Source: a virus. Taken from it: a DNA stretch of 64,000 nt. The notes beneath the pieces are model-generated. The model worked only from the letters and a program-made list of their open reading frames with translations. It searched no databases and was not told the origin of the DNA. Location of the stretch: the IMG/VR virus record IMGVR_UViG_3300013947_000002, positions 1 to 64,000 of that record; one strand, 5' to 3'. Made by a program: the position numbers and the translations under genes. Position 1 is the stretch's first letter; the number at the start of each line of letters is the position of its first letter. Below, one piece after another: positions 62,856 through 64,000 of this stretch.

Positions 62856-64000
62856 TAAAGGCGCATCTAGGCCATATCTAAAATGCATCGGCGCATCGGC
62901 TGTTGGTGTTACTCAATCATGCTATATGGTTCGTTTTCAAAAATACTGTATTATGTTAGATTGCGGCATTTACCAAGAGAGCGACATCCTTACTAATTAC
63001 AGACAGAATCAAGCGTTGCTTAAAAAGATTAAGCCAAGAGAGGTGGATTGGCTTATTTTACATGAGGCTCATGCCGATCACACATGTCTTGTTCCGGCTC
63101 TATATGCTAAAGGATGTCAAGCTCATATCATATGCCCAAAAGGAACTACGGCTTATCTTAAGGTGTTATGGGAAGATTCTTGTAAAATAATGACGCAGGA
63201 TTGTCAAAAGATTACAAACAAGCACGGGATTAAAGCTGCGCCATTATATACACCGGATGATATTGCGACAGCTCTTAGTAGATGTATCGAAGTCGAGGCA
63301 TTGACAAAATACAACTTAACACCTAATATTGTACTAACATATTATCCAGCCAATCACATTATCAATTCGTGCCAATTATCACTTGTAATGACGCAAGGCT
63401 ATCAACGTAAAGTGTTAAATTTTACTGGTGATATTGGAGGAAAAACGTCGCAGTTTTATCTTGAGTCAAGAGTTGATTTGCCGTTCTGCGACGTGCTGCT
63501 TGGTGAAAACACATATAATGCCATTGGGCGCAACAACAAGCCGTATGATAGGCAGAAAGATTTAGATAAGATTGAAGCCGTTCTTAATCAGTCTAAACGA
63601 ACACTGTTCCCTGTATTTGCATTAGGTCGATGCCAAAGTATATTAACTATACTATACCAGTTGTGGAAAGATAACAAGATTCCGCACGATGTTCAAGTAT
63701 ATGTAGATTCGCCTATGGCCCAAAAGATATGTGCTTTATATCCAGAAGACGATGTGCTGTGGAATGAAGTATATCATTGGGATAAATTGCAGTTTGTGCC
63801 TGACCACGCAACTACATTATTACTTCAAAATACAAAACCAACTCATCCTATGGTGGTTTGCTCGTCTGCGGGTATGCTATCGGGCGGTAAGAGTATATCA
63901 TGGGCTAAGGCGTTACTGCCAGACCCAAATGCCCATATTATGTTCTGCGGTTATAGCTCTGAAAATACGCTTGCTTCAAAGATTAGATTTGGTGAGAGAA
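62848..64000 (+). CDS. metallo-beta-lactamase / beta-CASP family nuclease (3' end cut by window)
   Basis: Not in the track because it runs off the window. Hand translation gives MVNKGASRPYLKCIGASAVGVTQSCYMV...'LILHEAHADH' (H.H.DH motif)... Confidence 0.7.
   Translation, partial: MVNKGASRPYLKCIGASAVGVTQSCYMVRFQKYCIMLDCGIYQESDILTNYRQNQALLKKIKPREVDWLILHEAHADHTCLVPALYAKGCQAHIICPKGTTAYLKVLWEDSCKIMTQDCQKITNKHGIKAAPLYTPDDIATALSRCIEVEALTKYNLTPNIVLTYYPANHIINSCQLSLVMTQGYQRKVLNFTGDIGGKTSQFYLESRVDLPFCDVLLGENTYNAIGRNNKPYDRQKDLDKIEAVLNQSKRTLFPVFALGRCQSILTILYQLWKDNKIPHDVQVYVDSPMAQKICALYPEDDVLWNEVYHWDKLQFVPDHATTLLLQNTKPTHPMVVCSSAGMLSGGKSISWAKALLPDPNAHIMFCGYSSENTLASKIRFGER

Noticed and set aside
1-64000. Genome-wide stop-codon reassignment (TAG or TGA read as sense)
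   Set aside because: Nearly all long genes are intact under the standard code. TGA and TAG terminate many genes at compact ATGA or TAATG junctions. Only two isolated in-frame stops were seen, and the tRNA-like genes do not have CUA or UCA anticodons.
1-64000. CRISPR arrays, rRNA genes, and DGR (template/variable repeat plus reverse transcriptase), retron or transposase-type elements
   Set aside because: I saw no regularly spaced direct repeats, no reverse-transcriptase or transposase ORF, and no rRNA-like segments. The fibre genes show no obvious A-to-N mismatched repeat pair within the window.

Overview
The window is a segment of a tailed dsDNA phage or prophage of siphovirus type. Gene style, RBSs and promoters look Firmicutes/Clostridia-like. 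Bases 1-33.6 kb (minus strand) hold a complete late module: small and large terminase, portal, scaffold, decoration protein, major capsid, connector proteins, major tail, chaperone, a ~1620-aa tape measure, about 10 tail or fibre genes, holin and endolysin. Bases 34.5-41.1 kb (minus strand) hold a middle operon: BRO-N protein, a YonO-like single-subunit RNA polymerase, two HU-like proteins and a metallophosphoesterase. Bases 41.5-64 kb (plus strand) hold an early arm of many small genes: DUF4041/T5orf172, DUF1599, dCMP deaminase, DPPY methyltransferase, SleB-like hydrolase, HU, tyrosine recombinase, an HNH-AP2 endonuclease and an MBL/beta-CASP nuclease. This arm is driven by near-consensus sigma-70 promoters (TTGACA-17-TATAAT, often with TGn). 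Main observations: (1) four essential genes (RNA polymerase, major capsid, major tail, tape measure) appear to be split by group I introns. Three of the introns share long near-identical core blocks. One carries an HNH endonuclease, one a Vsr-like endonuclease with an in-frame TGA, one has no ORF, and one carries its own promoter plus two small membrane-protein ORFs. (2) Two ORF-free stretches of about 0.8-1.0 kb (33.6-34.4 kb minus; 57.8-58.8 kb plus) lie directly behind consensus promoters and pair into many helices, so they are candidate large structured ncRNAs. There is also a ~230-nt terminated sRNA and two tRNA-like elements. (3) A DnaA-box cluster next to a ~0.7-kb AT-rich iteron region is a candidate origin. 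All functional calls come from motifs read by eye; no database search was run.
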